DNA of 64,000 nucleotides, taken from positions 736,001-800,000 of the forward strand of contig CAVYYI010000001.1 of NCBI GenBank assembly GCA_963772725.1, given 5' to 3'. The notes beneath the pieces were generated by a model, which made no database searches, was not told the origin of the DNA, and was given only the letters and a program-made list of their open reading frames with translations. Shown one piece after another: positions 45,721 to 56,282 of the stretch. Positions within the stretch are counted from its first letter, which is position 1, and the number at the start of each line of letters is the position of its first letter. Made by a program: the position numbers and the translations under genes. The stretch is from an uncultured Phycisphaerales bacterium (GTDB taxonomy: Bacteria; Planctomycetota; Phycisphaerae; Sedimentisphaerales; Anaerobacaceae).

Positions 45721-46430
45721 TTTTTCATTTCCTCAATTGCGTTTTCTATTACATTGTGAGGATTCGCCAGCAGATGCGTAATCATCCCAAGAAATTCCGC
45801 CGCGTAAACCCCGTTAATAACCCTGTGGTCCACCGCCAAACTCAAACTCACAACCCTGCGCTCCGACGGTCTGCCCTCATGCGGTACAATCCGATGAAGC
45901 ACATTACCCACCGAAAGAATAACACTCGCTGGCATCGGCACAATCCCAAAAAACGAATCCACATCATACGCCCCAAGATTACTCAAAGCAATCGTTTCCC
46001 CCTCAATCTGCTCCAGCTTCAAACTGTTGCTCCGTGCGCCGTCGGTAAGCAGCTTTTCCTCTTCCGCAATCTGCACAAGCGATTTTTTATCCGCGTCCTT
46101 TATCACCGGCACAATAAGCCCGTGAGACGCCATAACCGCAAACCCGACATTAACTGTATCGGCTATTGTAATATTCTCCCCGTCAAACCTGCCCAGCACC
46201 AGCGGATACTTTTCCGCCGCCATCGCCAGAACCCGAACATAAAAAGTGTTCGTAGTAATTTTCACCCCCAGCATTTTACGAAGCCTAGGCCTTAGCTCGA
46301 CAAGCATAGTCACATCCGCCGTCGTTTCCAGATAAAAGCACGGCTTACTCAGCTTGCTCGCCAGCATCCTTTGCCCGATTAGCTTTTGAATCCTCGTTAA
46401 AGGGATATGGTTATTCAGGCTTTTATCCAA
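45717..46430 (-). CDS. Stand-alone 2-oxo-acid dehydrogenase E2 catalytic (acyltransferase) domain
   Basis: VNVGFAV...GLIVPVI, SNLG and DHRVING motifs; no lipoyl domain. Confidence 0.88.
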   Translation of the reverse strand: MDKSLNNHIPLTRIQKLIGQRMLASKLSKPCFYLETTADVTMLVELRPRLRKMLGVKITTNTFYVRVLAMAAEKYPLVLGRFDGENITIADTVNVGFAVMASHGLIVPVIKDADKKSLVQIAEEEKLLTDGARSNSLKLEQIEGETIALSNLGAYDVDSFFGIVPMPASVILSVGNVLHRIVPHEGRPSERRVVSLSLAVDHRVINGVYAAEFLGMITHLLANPHNVIENAIEEMKK

Positions 46431-46750
46431 TTAGCCCTCTGATCATGAACATTTTCAAAAACATCTTCCTGCCAAAAATTACACCTGCTTCATATAAAAT
46501 TAAAAACACAGGCCACATTATAATCAGCTCTTCCATCAATGCAAGCAAACACCCGCCGTAAATACAATATACTTATCCCCGCGATTTTCAGAGCTGCGAA
46601 TGTCAATGAACGGTCATATTCTTTCATTCCGAGTTGAATGTTAAATGTTTTTGTCCTGCATCTTTTGTCCTGGGTTTTGCAACATTATCAAAATTTTCTG
46701 GCAATACCCAAATTCTAATGGTAGAATTATCCGAATTATTTTTTAAGGAG

Positions 46751-47413
46751 ATGAAAAATATGAAGACCGTCTGCGTATCCCTGTTGTTGGCAATGACTAT
46801 TATTATCGCCGGTTGTTCTTCAGGCGAAAGTTTTGCCAGGAAGAGTTTCGATTTCAGCAAAGTAACCAAAGTCGCCGTTGTGGATGTCCAGGGCGCCGTT
46901 GAAGGCGAGGCTGCCAAAGGCCAGATTGCCGATTTTATGAATATGGCACTGCTCCAGAAAGGGTACAGCCCCGTTGAGCGTACACAGGTTGATACCCTGC
47001 TGAAAGAGCAGGATTTCCAGATTAGCGGTTTAACCTCTAAAGAAGGTGTCGCGCAGGCAGGTAAAATTCTCAATGTCCCAGCCGTAATTATCGTAAATGT
47101 TCCCAAGTTCGATGAGGAAATGAGCATCACCGCCAAAATGATTGACACCGAGGACGGTAGCATATTGTGGGTCGGCACAGGCTTTGGCAGAACTGGACGA
47201 ACCCTCGGCACTATCGTTGGAGCTGTTTTCGGCGCAGGGGCCGGTGTTGCTGCCGGTGGTGAAAATAATAAAGTCGCAGGAGGTGTCGCAGGAGGTGTCC
47301 TCGGCGGTGTCGCGGGTAATGCCTTATCCCCCCAGCAGGCCCAAGAAGCACAAAAGGTCATTAAGAAAATTTCAAAAACTCTTCCGTCCCCAATGCCATG
47401 TGATAAAAAATGA
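46751..47413 (+). CDS. Lipoprotein, CsgG/LpoB-like fold with glycine-zipper C-terminus
   Basis: Lipobox IAGC; VERTQVDTLLKEQDF; GxxxG repeats; AAGGAG RBS. Confidence 0.8.
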   Translation: MKNMKTVCVSLLLAMTIIIAGCSSGESFARKSFDFSKVTKVAVVDVQGAVEGEAAKGQIADFMNMALLQKGYSPVERTQVDTLLKEQDFQISGLTSKEGVAQAGKILNVPAVIIVNVPKFDEEMSITAKMIDTEDGSILWVGTGFGRTGRTLGTIVGAVFGAGAGVAAGGENNKVAGGVAGGVLGGVAGNALSPQQAQEAQKVIKKISKTLPSPMPCDKK

Positions 47414-47574
47414 CGCCGCTACAAATAATGTGGTAAAATCTAACATTTGACGGCCTCCTTTGCCTAAGGGTCAATAATATTTTAGTGACTTACGTTTATT
47501 TCAATTGGTATGTTTTTGGGAATCTGCTATATAATTGAGCATCTTGTTAATATACAATGTGAGGTTGTGCATAA

Positions 47575-47607
47575 AAAAAGGTCGCCATTTTATAATGACG
47601 ACCTTTT
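47575..47607. terminator. Probable intrinsic terminator between convergent genes
   Basis: aaaaggtcgccatt-ttat-aatgacgacctttt hairpin. Confidence 0.65.
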
Positions 47608-47628
47608 CGTAATTTCGATAAAAAACTT

Positions 47629-48624
47629 TTACAGCAGGTTGTTAAGTATTTCAGCCATATCCTTTGTGTATTCAAGCTGGTCCTGAGTTGCGGAAGCATT
47701 AAGTATTGTATTTTCGGCATCGGTAATAATCTGCTGCACTTTCATAGTAACTTTTTCATTATTCGGATTGACAAAAGATACATCTCCTGCATAATTAATC
47801 TTACCGGAAACAACATTAAGCCATAATCCGAAAAGCTCTTTCTTTGCTTTTTCCAGCATAATAGAATGATCTTCCGGGATCAGCAGGTTAGCGCCTACTG
47901 ACAAATCATACATAGTAACGCCGGAAAACACTCTTGAATTAGCCCCGATAATTTCCTGATAATTAGGCAGACTTGGCGCCTCTATACGTTTGCCTTTTGT
48001 CCCATATTGCATTTTCCAATATCCGGTTGACCTTGGACACATTGAACTGGCACCAGGAGAAGCGATAAGACCGCTGGCATAAGTTGCGAGGTCACCCTGG
48101 CGGACAGTCAAGCCGCTCATTGACGGAGGCAATTTGCTGACGAACTGAAATTTTGTGGATTCCCAACTGCTCTGACCGGGAAATACAAAGCTTATGCTTG
48201 GAGCGACCCAATCAACCAATGTGGGCAGAGATAGATAAGAACCTGCCGACCATGCAGCACCAGGCTGAGTAGAGGGTTGATTGGTGGTATAGTCGAAAAG
48301 ATAGCCGCCGCTTTTGCCGGTTACTATATATTGTTCGCCTGTCGGATTGGCAATTGTCAGATGTTTGATATAAGGCAGAAAAGGCGTGTTAGAGTCGGTA
48401 TTGTGAATCTGGTAAGTATAATAATACCACCCATTGGCGCCATCCCATACCCAGTACTCAACGTAAGCTTTTCCGCCAGGCCCAGACAGGTCTGAAACTC
48501 CGCTGGCGAGATTTACGCCGCTTGGCGAAACCGCCTGATAAGGCGGGTCAACGGCAAAACCTGCACTTAACAATACCGAGAGAACAAGAACCACGGCACA
48601 TTTTGCAACTCTGTTGTCAAACAT
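47629..48624 (-). CDS. Secreted hypothetical protein; N-terminal domain resembles the neighbouring PEP-CTERM protein
   Basis: Signal peptide ending GFA; AGGAGG RBS. Confidence 0.8.
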   Translation of the reverse strand: MFDNRVAKCAVVLVLSVLLSAGFAVDPPYQAVSPSGVNLASGVSDLSGPGGKAYVEYWVWDGANGWYYYTYQIHNTDSNTPFLPYIKHLTIANPTGEQYIVTGKSGGYLFDYTTNQPSTQPGAAWSAGSYLSLPTLVDWVAPSISFVFPGQSSWESTKFQFVSKLPPSMSGLTVRQGDLATYASGLIASPGASSMCPRSTGYWKMQYGTKGKRIEAPSLPNYQEIIGANSRVFSGVTMYDLSVGANLLIPEDHSIMLEKAKKELFGLWLNVVSGKINYAGDVSFVNPNNEKVTMKVQQIITDAENTILNASATQDQLEYTKDMAEILNNLL

Positions 48625-49238
48625 AACACAATCCTCCTAAAAAAAAGTTTCTAAATTACCCATTTTAACTCTCAAAAATAAAAAGGTTTCTCCATCAATT
48701 CTTTTTGAGAGAAATCCGCACTTAATGAAAAACAATTATTGCCGGTGGTAAGAAGTTCTGCGGCGACAACACAATGTACCCAAGAAACCAAGCCCTACAA
48801 GCAGACAGGTTGCAGGTTCAGGTACAGGAACAACTGGTCCCATCACACCGTCAACAATAAGGTTATCGGAATAGGCCGTAGGGCTAACGCCTGCTACCAC
48901 GCTTGCTTTACACAAACCAGGAGCCCAACTACTTACTATCTGGAAATATTGACCATTGCTGTCATCTCTCGAGTTGTTGCCAGTAGAAATAGTCCAATAT
49001 CCAGGAACTTTTTTGGTGGCTTCTGTCCATGTCCATCTTGCAGGAGCAATGGGTTGAGGGGTGCCGCTGCCTAAAGATACGGTCCAGTCAATGCCTTTAT
49101 TCCACAAGTCAAGGGAACTGCCCCACGAGCCGCTACCCGAGTTTGAACCAGCTTGTGTATCAAGCGACAATAAATCAGTAGGCCCTTTGCCATTTCCGTC
49201 AGGGTCGAAGTTTACTGAGAATTTATTTATAGTTATAT

Positions 49239-50484
49239 GAGACCTCTGAAAAACCTCACATTTTATTATTCTCTTATATTTTTGCTTGAAGTGCTTCGAA
49301 AAATTATTTCGATACACCGCAAAAACTGTTTTCTGGCCTTACCAAAGGATTCTTTTATGCCTTTGGTATACCTTTTTATCTGTTCATAACGGTCGTGTGC
49401 CGTTATCCGGCAATACTCACCAGGCTAAAACTCCTTTTCCAATTGTACGCTATTACATGTAACCCAAAATCAAAGGCGTTACGCCTCATACCTCGATATC
49501 GAGTCCTGCCGTAGCCGGTATTCTTCATCCACGCAAACGGATGTTCAACCACCGCCCGAATTCCCGCCACCAGACGGTTATGCAATTTCTGTGAGGCTGT
49601 TAATTCCTTCTGGCCGCGAACTCGTTTTTGAATAATTCCGCAAAACACGCCGCGTTCCTCCAGTTTTGCCTTTCGGTCTTTATCCATATATGCACTATCA
49701 GCAAAGACACTGTCCTTCTCATCCTCGACAAGTTCGTCAATATACCTGCTGTCATGGGTTGAGGCGGTATCGAAACGGTAGTCTTTAATCATGCCGTTAC
49801 AGTCAGTAGCAATATGGCCCTTATAGCCGTGATATATTCTGCCATGTTTTTTCGTATAACCTGCTGCCTTGTCTTTGGTGCTGGAAATACCGTCTTTGCC
49901 AGTTCTGCCGCGAGGCGCTTCTATTATAGTGGCATCAACACAGGTCCCTTCCTCAAGTATAACGCCGCGACTTTTGAGGATGGCGATAGTCTTATCAAAT
50001 AATGTAGCTATATGGCCGTTTATATTAAGACGCTTGCGAAACTGCACAAAAGTAGTTTCATCAGGTGCATCCTGTTCCATCTTAAGGCCTACAAATCGTC
50101 TGAAGGATATACGGTCACAGAGCATCTCTTCGAGCATCGGGTCGGAAAGATTAAACCACTTTTGCAGCATTATGCATTTTATCATCATTACAAGTGGATA
50201 ATTCGATGCTCCGCCTTTGTCGGTGTTGTTCTTGTACATATCCCTTAACGGCTCAGCAAGTTCGTTCCATGGTATAAGCTGGTCGCATTTTTGAAAAAAT
50301 TGAGCAGTGCGACGACCGCCGAGGTCAGAGGTTAAACTGTTGAGAAATGTTGGTTGATTGCTTGTGCGTTCCATAATCTTTGCCTCCATGCAATAAAATT
50401 GACTATTGAATGGACGCATTATATCATATCCGCTGATAATTGCATTAATGTTTTGTAAAAAATGCATAGTTTTTCAGAGGTCTC
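49239..50484 (-). mobile_element. IS5-family element
   Basis: Perfect 16-bp inverted repeats gagacctctgaaaaac / gtttttcagaggtctc; 4-bp duplication ATAT (49235-49238 and 50485-50488). Confidence 0.93.
49403..50374 (-). CDS. IS5-family transposase
   Basis: LQKWFNLSDP, PDETT..FR, VDATII, HGYKGH, ADSAY and RAVVEHPF motifs. Confidence 0.95.
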   Translation of the reverse strand: MERTSNQPTFLNSLTSDLGGRRTAQFFQKCDQLIPWNELAEPLRDMYKNNTDKGGASNYPLVMMIKCIMLQKWFNLSDPMLEEMLCDRISFRRFVGLKMEQDAPDETTFVQFRKRLNINGHIATLFDKTIAILKSRGVILEEGTCVDATIIEAPRGRTGKDGISSTKDKAAGYTKKHGRIYHGYKGHIATDCNGMIKDYRFDTASTHDSRYIDELVEDEKDSVFADSAYMDKDRKAKLEERGVFCGIIQKRVRGQKELTASQKLHNRLVAGIRAVVEHPFAWMKNTGYGRTRYRGMRRNAFDFGLHVIAYNWKRSFSLVSIAG

Positions 50485-51061
50485 ATATAAGTACCGACAG
50501 GATTATTTGAATTCCAGCCAAAATGATAATCTTCTGACGTACCGGGCGTACCATTGTTCAATATTTTGTAGGAATAGTACCATAGATTGGTGGAGAGATC
50601 CTGCCAGCAATGATATTCTATCCCAACTTCACCGTAATTGGGTACTGTGGGCATATCTATCACAGCTAAACCGTGATCGTAGTTTGCATTGTTGCTGTTA
50701 ACAGCCTGATAAGTTGGTGTAGCAAAAGCCGGGATTACAGAAATAAAAAAGCAAATACCTAAAACTCTTCCAATAAATTTTACGGAATGCATCTCTCTCC
50801 TCCTATGCTTTTTAATCACCCTTTTCTCTCATCACTCTTTACTCTCTCTCAGCTTAAGTTTAATTATAACTATATTAAGCTACCGCACTTAACATTAATA
50901 AAAGCAGATTTGGTCTGATAAGTCAAGTTAATTTTATGTTATTTTGCGGCAGGCAAGGGTGTAAAGCCGAACATTTTACATAAGTGCTTTATATACAGGT
51001 AATTAAGAGTTTTTGGAATACTAAAAAAAATTTACTGCTATATTAAAAATTTTGCAAAAAT

Positions 51062-52756
51062 TTAGTAATGCCTGCTGCGGAGGATAGAGATGATGAGCCA
51101 AATGCCGATAAGTGCGGCGGCAAGATAACCGAAAATACCGAGAGATTGCAGCCTGACAATGCCAAGCACTTTTCCCTGCTGAGCGACAAGCAGGCTTGAT
51201 GCGACGAGTAAGGCGGCGATAATCAGGGCAAAACTGATACGATTCGAGCTTTTATCGAGCGTCTTAATAAGATTATCGAGATGTTCGTGCTGAATTCTTA
51301 CCTGGATTTTCCCCTGACGGAATTTGCTCAGAATCACGTTGATGTCATCAGGCAGTCTCGAAACGAGGTCGGCTGCGTCCTGAATCGTTTTTCCGGCGTT
51401 TCGTAAAATTTCCTTAGGTTCGAGACTGTGCCTGCTGAATTGTGCGGCATAGGGTTTCAGGCTCTCAATAATTTTAAACTGCGGATTAAGTCCGAGTGCG
51501 AAAGATTCTATTGTCATCACGCTTTTAAGCATAAGCGCAAACTGAGGCGGTGGGTGTATATGGTGACTTCGCATCATGTCGAAAGCTTCGGTCATTACCT
51601 TACTGAAAGGAATTTCGTTCAGCGGCAGATTATAGTAATTGTTGAGCAGATTTTCAGCGGCGCGAGCGAGTTTGTCGATGTCAGTTCTTTCTTCAATCAT
51701 ATTGGCTCTTTCGAGGGCACGGAGTATTCTGCCTGAATCCTTATCGACAATCGTTAGTATCATTTCGTTGAGCAGGGTCAGGTCTTTTGAGCCGAGCATC
51801 GCAACCTGGCCGAAATCAAGCGGCGCTATGATATTATCAGGCAGCAGAAAGAAATTGCCGGGATGCGGGTCGGACTGAAAAAAACCAAAATCGAAAATCT
51901 GTCTTAAAATGAAATTCGCACCTCGCTGAGCGATGAGTACTTTATCGAGGCCGGCGTTTTTTATCGCTTCGGAGTCACCCGGTTTTATGCCCTCAATATA
52001 CTCCATCGTCAGCACGCCTTCCGAACAGTACTCCTCGAACACCTTTGGCACGCATACTGTTGGGTCTTTGGCGAAACTCTGAGAGAAGCGAATCTGATTG
52101 CGTCGTTCGTTGGCTAAATCAACTTCCTTCGATACGGCTTCGTTGAATTCCTTTACAATCTGCGCAGGGTCTATTGTGTCATGTTCAAATACGGTTTTTT
52201 TCAAAAGCGAGGCCACATCGGCAAGTATTTCGCATTCTGTATGTAAGGTCTCTACAATCTTGGGTCTGCGTACCTTAACCACGACATTCTGACCATCTTT
52301 TGTCGTGGCGCGGTGTACCTGTGCGATACTTCCGGCGGCAATTGGCTCACGCTCAAAGTTCAAAAACAGCTCGTCAACTTTTTTACCAAGCTCTTTTTCT
52401 ATTTCATCACAGATAAGTTCGCCATTTACAGGTCCGACACGGTCCTGCAGAAGCTCAAGCTCCTTGATATACTCGTATGGTACGAGGTCGGGACGTGTGC
52501 TGAGCAACTGGCCGAGCTTAACAAATGTCGGCCCCATTTCCTCAAGCGCCATACGGACTCTTACGGCCCGGCTGTGGCTTTTAACAGAGGGTTTAACCTC
52601 CGCGGCGACTGTCTTTGTTCCCCATGGAAATCGTCCACGAAGAACATCTGCTGTCTCCTCGAATCCATACCTCATCAGCACCGCCACAATGTGCCGGTAC
52701 CGCCGCATGTGCCTGAAGCTGCGGCGCAGGTGAAATGGCCATTTCAGCAAGGGCAT
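51062..52756 (-). CDS. AarF/ABC1/UbiB kinase family protein
   Basis: GPTFVKLGQLLSTRPD, AAGSIAQVHRA, VKVRRP, DPHPGN and LDFG motifs. Confidence 0.95.
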   Translation of the reverse strand: MPLLKWPFHLRRSFRHMRRYRHIVAVLMRYGFEETADVLRGRFPWGTKTVAAEVKPSVKSHSRAVRVRMALEEMGPTFVKLGQLLSTRPDLVPYEYIKELELLQDRVGPVNGELICDEIEKELGKKVDELFLNFEREPIAAGSIAQVHRATTKDGQNVVVKVRRPKIVETLHTECEILADVASLLKKTVFEHDTIDPAQIVKEFNEAVSKEVDLANERRNQIRFSQSFAKDPTVCVPKVFEEYCSEGVLTMEYIEGIKPGDSEAIKNAGLDKVLIAQRGANFILRQIFDFGFFQSDPHPGNFFLLPDNIIAPLDFGQVAMLGSKDLTLLNEMILTIVDKDSGRILRALERANMIEERTDIDKLARAAENLLNNYYNLPLNEIPFSKVMTEAFDMMRSHHIHPPPQFALMLKSVMTIESFALGLNPQFKIIESLKPYAAQFSRHSLEPKEILRNAGKTIQDAADLVSRLPDDINVILSKFRQGKIQVRIQHEHLDNLIKTLDKSSNRISFALIIAALLVASSLLVAQQGKVLGIVRLQSLGIFGYLAAALIGIWLIISILRSRHY

Positions 52757-52763
52757 TTACTCC

Positions 52764-53051
52764 CTATTTATTAAGAATCTGGTCGATTTTCTTTTCAATC
52801 CGCTTAACGTCTTCGTGCGTAGCCAGTTTAAGGTTGGCAACCGTCTTACTGACCTGTTCGTTAATTATTTTTTCAATGTCTGAACGGCTTTTTTCCGCTA
52901 TGTCCATAACTTCTTTCACGAAACCTGAGCGGTTGGCTTTTTCGGCCTTTCCTTTATCGACGTATTCATCAAAGATTTTCTCCGCACGTTCGCGAGTCAT
53001 AGACATCGCCCCAAGGCCTGCAAGCATAAGTTTATCGAGTGTTTCAAACAT
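52764..53051 (-). CDS. Phasin (PhaF/PhaI)-like small helical protein
   Basis: LAGLGA...ERAEK.FDE.V.KG pattern; directly upstream of the UbiB-like gene. Confidence 0.8.
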   Translation of the reverse strand: MFETLDKLMLAGLGAMSMTRERAEKIFDEYVDKGKAEKANRSGFVKEVMDIAEKSRSDIEKIINEQVSKTVANLKLATHEDVKRIEKKIDQILNK

Positions 53052-53172
53052 ATCTAAGTCCCCTAAAAAAAGTTCGCAACCCGCACCGGCCACAACGATT
53101 GTGGCTTCTTATATTATAATACCATTGTTAGGGGGATATTGCAATAGGTTAGCACCGCGATTTGTCGCTGGC

Positions 53173-54129
53173 TTAAAACCGCTGTGTTTTGACGTGACAA
53201 TAGGGACGTCCGCCGGTCTTTGTGTAATAATCCTGGTGGTAATCCTCGGCGGGCCAGAAATCTGCGGCTTTTTCGACCGATGTTACAACGTCATAGCCTT
53301 TTTTCCGCAACTGCTCAATCAGCCGATTTGCTATATCTTTTTGTTCCTGGTCAGCATAGAAAATCGCGGAACGATACTGGCTGCCCACGTCCGGCCCCTG
53401 ACGGTTGCGCTGAGTCGGGTCGTGAATCTCAAAAAACAGCTTCGCGAGGTTCTCATAGCTGACCTTATTGGGGTCATATTCTATTTCTACTGTTTCAGCG
53501 TGGCCGGTTTTGCCGGTACAAACCTGTTCATAAGTCGGATTTTTGGTGTGTCCGCCCATATATCCCGATCGCACATTAACTACGCCGTCAGTTTTTCTGA
53601 ACCAGTAATCGACCCCCCAGAAGCATCCGCCTGCAAAGTAGGCCTTTTTTGTTTGTGCCGCCTGCTTATCTTTTGCCTCAACTTTGTTCTCCGGCACAAA
53701 TACCAGTGATATCGAATTTACGCAGTGTCTTATATTCTTTTTCGTAAGTTCTTCGCCGGTAAAGACGTGTCCGAGGTGTGCGCCGCAATTAGCGCAAACA
53801 ATCTCGGTTCGGGTACCGTCCGGGTCAGAGATACGCTTTACTGAACCTTTAATCTCATCATCGAAAGAAGGCCAGCCGCAATGACTGTCGAATTTATCGC
53901 TGCTTCGATAAAGCGGTGCGCCGCACCTTTTGCAGACATATATCCCCGGCATCTTGTTATCCATGTACTTGCCGCTGAAAGGAGCTTCCGTACCTTTATT
54001 TATTATCACCCGTTCTTCTTGGGGTGTGAGTTTGTTGTAAGTCATCTTTTTATCCCCTTGCCGCACAGATACGGCGGCTATCGCAATAGCTAAAACCGCA
54101 ATTCCAATAAATATAGACTTCATTTTCAT
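53173..54129 (-). CDS. msrAB: Bifunctional methionine sulfoxide reductase (MsrB-MsrA order) with signal anchor
   Basis: MsrB motifs GTEAPF, GWPSF and RHCVNS; MsrA motifs GGCFWG, TGHAE and AEDYHQDY. Confidence 0.95.
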   Translation of the reverse strand: MKMKSIFIGIAVLAIAIAAVSVRQGDKKMTYNKLTPQEERVIINKGTEAPFSGKYMDNKMPGIYVCKRCGAPLYRSSDKFDSHCGWPSFDDEIKGSVKRISDPDGTRTEIVCANCGAHLGHVFTGEELTKKNIRHCVNSISLVFVPENKVEAKDKQAAQTKKAYFAGGCFWGVDYWFRKTDGVVNVRSGYMGGHTKNPTYEQVCTGKTGHAETVEIEYDPNKVSYENLAKLFFEIHDPTQRNRQGPDVGSQYRSAIFYADQEQKDIANRLIEQLRKKGYDVVTSVEKAADFWPAEDYHQDYYTKTGGRPYCHVKTQRF

Positions 54130-54235
54130 TCCCGTCCCTTATTGTTTCTCTGACTTATTTTACGCTATATTCTAACAAACGGTTCCCAATAAAAAAACAG
54201 CCTGTTTTTAGGGTTTGAAAAATATTTTGAAAAGA

Positions 54236-54288
54236 TACGAGATTTTTCGTAATTTCTGCTTGACAATACGAAGGACTTCGTATATGTT
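54236..54288 (+). promoter_or_regulatory. Two palindromic operators (TACGA-N6-TCGTA) overlapping the blaI-like promoter
   Basis: tacgagatttttcgta (54236-54251) and tacgaaggacttcgta (54267-54282) flank TTGACA (54260-54265). Confidence 0.75.
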
Positions 54289-54355
54289 TAATTTAATCAC
54301 GGATTACACGGACAACACTGATTAAGAGAAGAAAAAAAGTTTAGGGGTAACGGAT

Positions 54356-54739
54356 ATGGCGAGAAAAAATATTTTGCAGCCGACAGGGTCGGAACTGGGG
54401 ATTTTGAGGATTTTGTGGGACAGTGGGCCGGCGACGGTGCGGGAAGTTAATGATGCGATGAATAAAGCCAAGACGACAGGGTACACCACCACGCTTAAAC
54501 TGATGCAGATAATGGCGGAAAAGGGGTTGCTGGTAAGGGATGAATCGCAGTGGAAGCATGTGTATAAGCCGGCTATTGAGGAGGAGGCGATACAAAAGCA
54601 GCTTGTGGGGGAACTTCTGGAGCGGGCGTTTTCGGGTTCAGCGGAAAAACTCGTGATGCGGGCGCTGTCGGCAAAAAAAATATCGGCGGATGAACTGGCA
54701 AAAATAAGAAAATTGCTTGATGAGATGGGAGGTAAATAA
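54356..54739 (+). CDS. BlaI/MecI/CopY family transcriptional repressor
   Basis: ELGILRILW..GPATVREV...YTTTLKLMQIM.EKGL pattern. Confidence 0.95.
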   Translation: MARKNILQPTGSELGILRILWDSGPATVREVNDAMNKAKTTGYTTTLKLMQIMAEKGLLVRDESQWKHVYKPAIEEEAIQKQLVGELLERAFSGSAEKLVMRALSAKKISADELAKIRKLLDEMGGK

Positions 54740-54754
54740 AATGATTGCTTTAGA

Positions 54755-56282
54755 GTGACTGTAGCATAAATACCGGTATATTTAAGGAAATCTTGGTGTC
54801 TTAGCCGATAAAACTCCTGGAAGAACAGAAATAAACTGAATTTTTCAGGAGACACGATTATGGCTGGGCCAGGTGAATATGTATCGGATGTAACGGAAGG
54901 TATTACGTGTGTTAAAGATTTACCCAAAGCTAAAATCAAACGACTTTCACGCACATACAAAAAGCGTCCGTGCCCCTATTGCGGCCACCCATCCTATCGG
55001 GACAAAATATTCAGACGAAAACTGCATGACCTCGGAGACTTGGCTGGCAACCGTCCAATCGACCTTTGGGTCAGTTATTCACAGCACTGCTGTTCAAAAT
55101 GCAAGAAGTACTTCAATGCCGACCTGTGCGACCTTGCGGATCCCGGCTGCCACTATACCCGCCGGGTTGTTCACCTGGCAGTGCGATTGGTTGTGGAAGA
55201 CGGCCTGCCATATCGGCCGGCATCCTGGCACTTATGGCGAGATCATCGGGTTTTCGTCCCCTGGGCTACAATTCAAAACTGGGTTGAAGCGACGGGGGGA
55301 AAAAGCTGAGAAACGAATTACTGCTGAATACCTTGATGGTGTTCTGACTGATTTCTCCGGTTATATCGCGGCGGATGAATTATATGATGGGCCGTTCTGT
55401 GTATTGTCCATCGTGGATAACCGCACGTTCAAACGGCTCATTTACGATGTTCTTGACCATAATCCCACCCATGAAGATATGATAAACTTCTTTCGTCGGT
55501 TCCGTACGGAACTGGATCAAAGAGGTCTGACACTGCTTGGTGTTACGACCGATGGCTCGCCGTTATACCCGGAGCCGCTGGCTCTGATATTCCCCGGTGT
55601 TGCCCACCAGGTATGTGAATTTCATGTTCTCAAGGAGATCAATAGAGAAATACTCAAAGCTGTTACGCGGGTGCGACGAGAACTCAAAAAGAAGCTGCCC
55701 AAGCTGCAACGCGGCCGTCCATCGTCCTCGACCGCGAGAAAAGCGGCATCTCGAAAGAAAAAACAGACCGATGAGATTGCCGATTTGTTTGAGCATCGAC
55801 ACTTGTTTGTGCAGCATTCGCTCAGTAAGGCAGACAAGAAGATATTCTCACGTATAACGCGAAAATGCCACAATCTGAAAAATTTACGTTCGATCATGGA
55901 TCAGGTCTACAGACTCTTTGATCGCCGTTGCCGCACGGAAACAGCCTTGGAAAGGTTGGCTGTCTTGCGCCGCCATGTTCGACGATTCAAAACGTTGGGT
56001 CAAACTCTTAAGAAACTATTTACGCCGAATATTGAAAAGGCGTTGACCTTTCTCGATGATTCACAACTGCCATCGACATCCAACGCGGTTGAACGAGGTT
56101 ATCGTCGTCATCGAAAGATGCAAAAGAGTGTCTATAGAGTGCGAACTCAAGACCATATTAGCCAGCGTGTGGCCATTGATATGCAGCGTGACGAGCAGTC
56201 CCAAGGCCGTTTACAAACTATAACAATGCTTCATAATGAGAGGACTGGAATGGTATGTTGCCGGTAAAGATGCTACAGAGTC
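54755..56282 (+). mobile_element. ISL3-like insertion sequence
   Basis: Imperfect inverted repeats gtgactgtagcataaataccgg / gactctgtagcatctttaccgg (reverse complement); 8-bp duplication gctttaga (54747-54754 and 56283-56290); family inferred. Confidence 0.8.
54860..56267 (+). CDS. Transposase in two frames joined at GGGGGGAAAAAG (~55295-55305)
   Basis: CPYCG...LHDL...C..C zinc finger; ADELY, TTDGS, CEFH and TSNAVER DDE-type motifs. Confidence 0.85.

Larger units (their letters stand above)
48736..50792 (-). pseudogene. PEP-CTERM surface protein interrupted by an IS5-family element
   Basis: Signal peptide from 50792. Removing the IS and one ATAT copy joins ...NPVGTY to ITINKFS... in frame. 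C-terminus VPEPATCLLVGLGFLGTLCCRRR. Confidence 0.88.

Noticed and set aside
52735..53709. Long plus-strand ORF (324 aa) and similar overlapping ORFs such as 40424-41485
   Set aside because: They are antisense to well-supported genes (phasin/msrAB, ileS) and have no recognisable motifs.
55290..55310. Programmed -1 frameshift in the ISL3-like transposase
   Set aside because: The frames require +1 (or -2) as assembled, in a homopolymer run within an error-prone assembly. It cannot be distinguished from a sequencing error.
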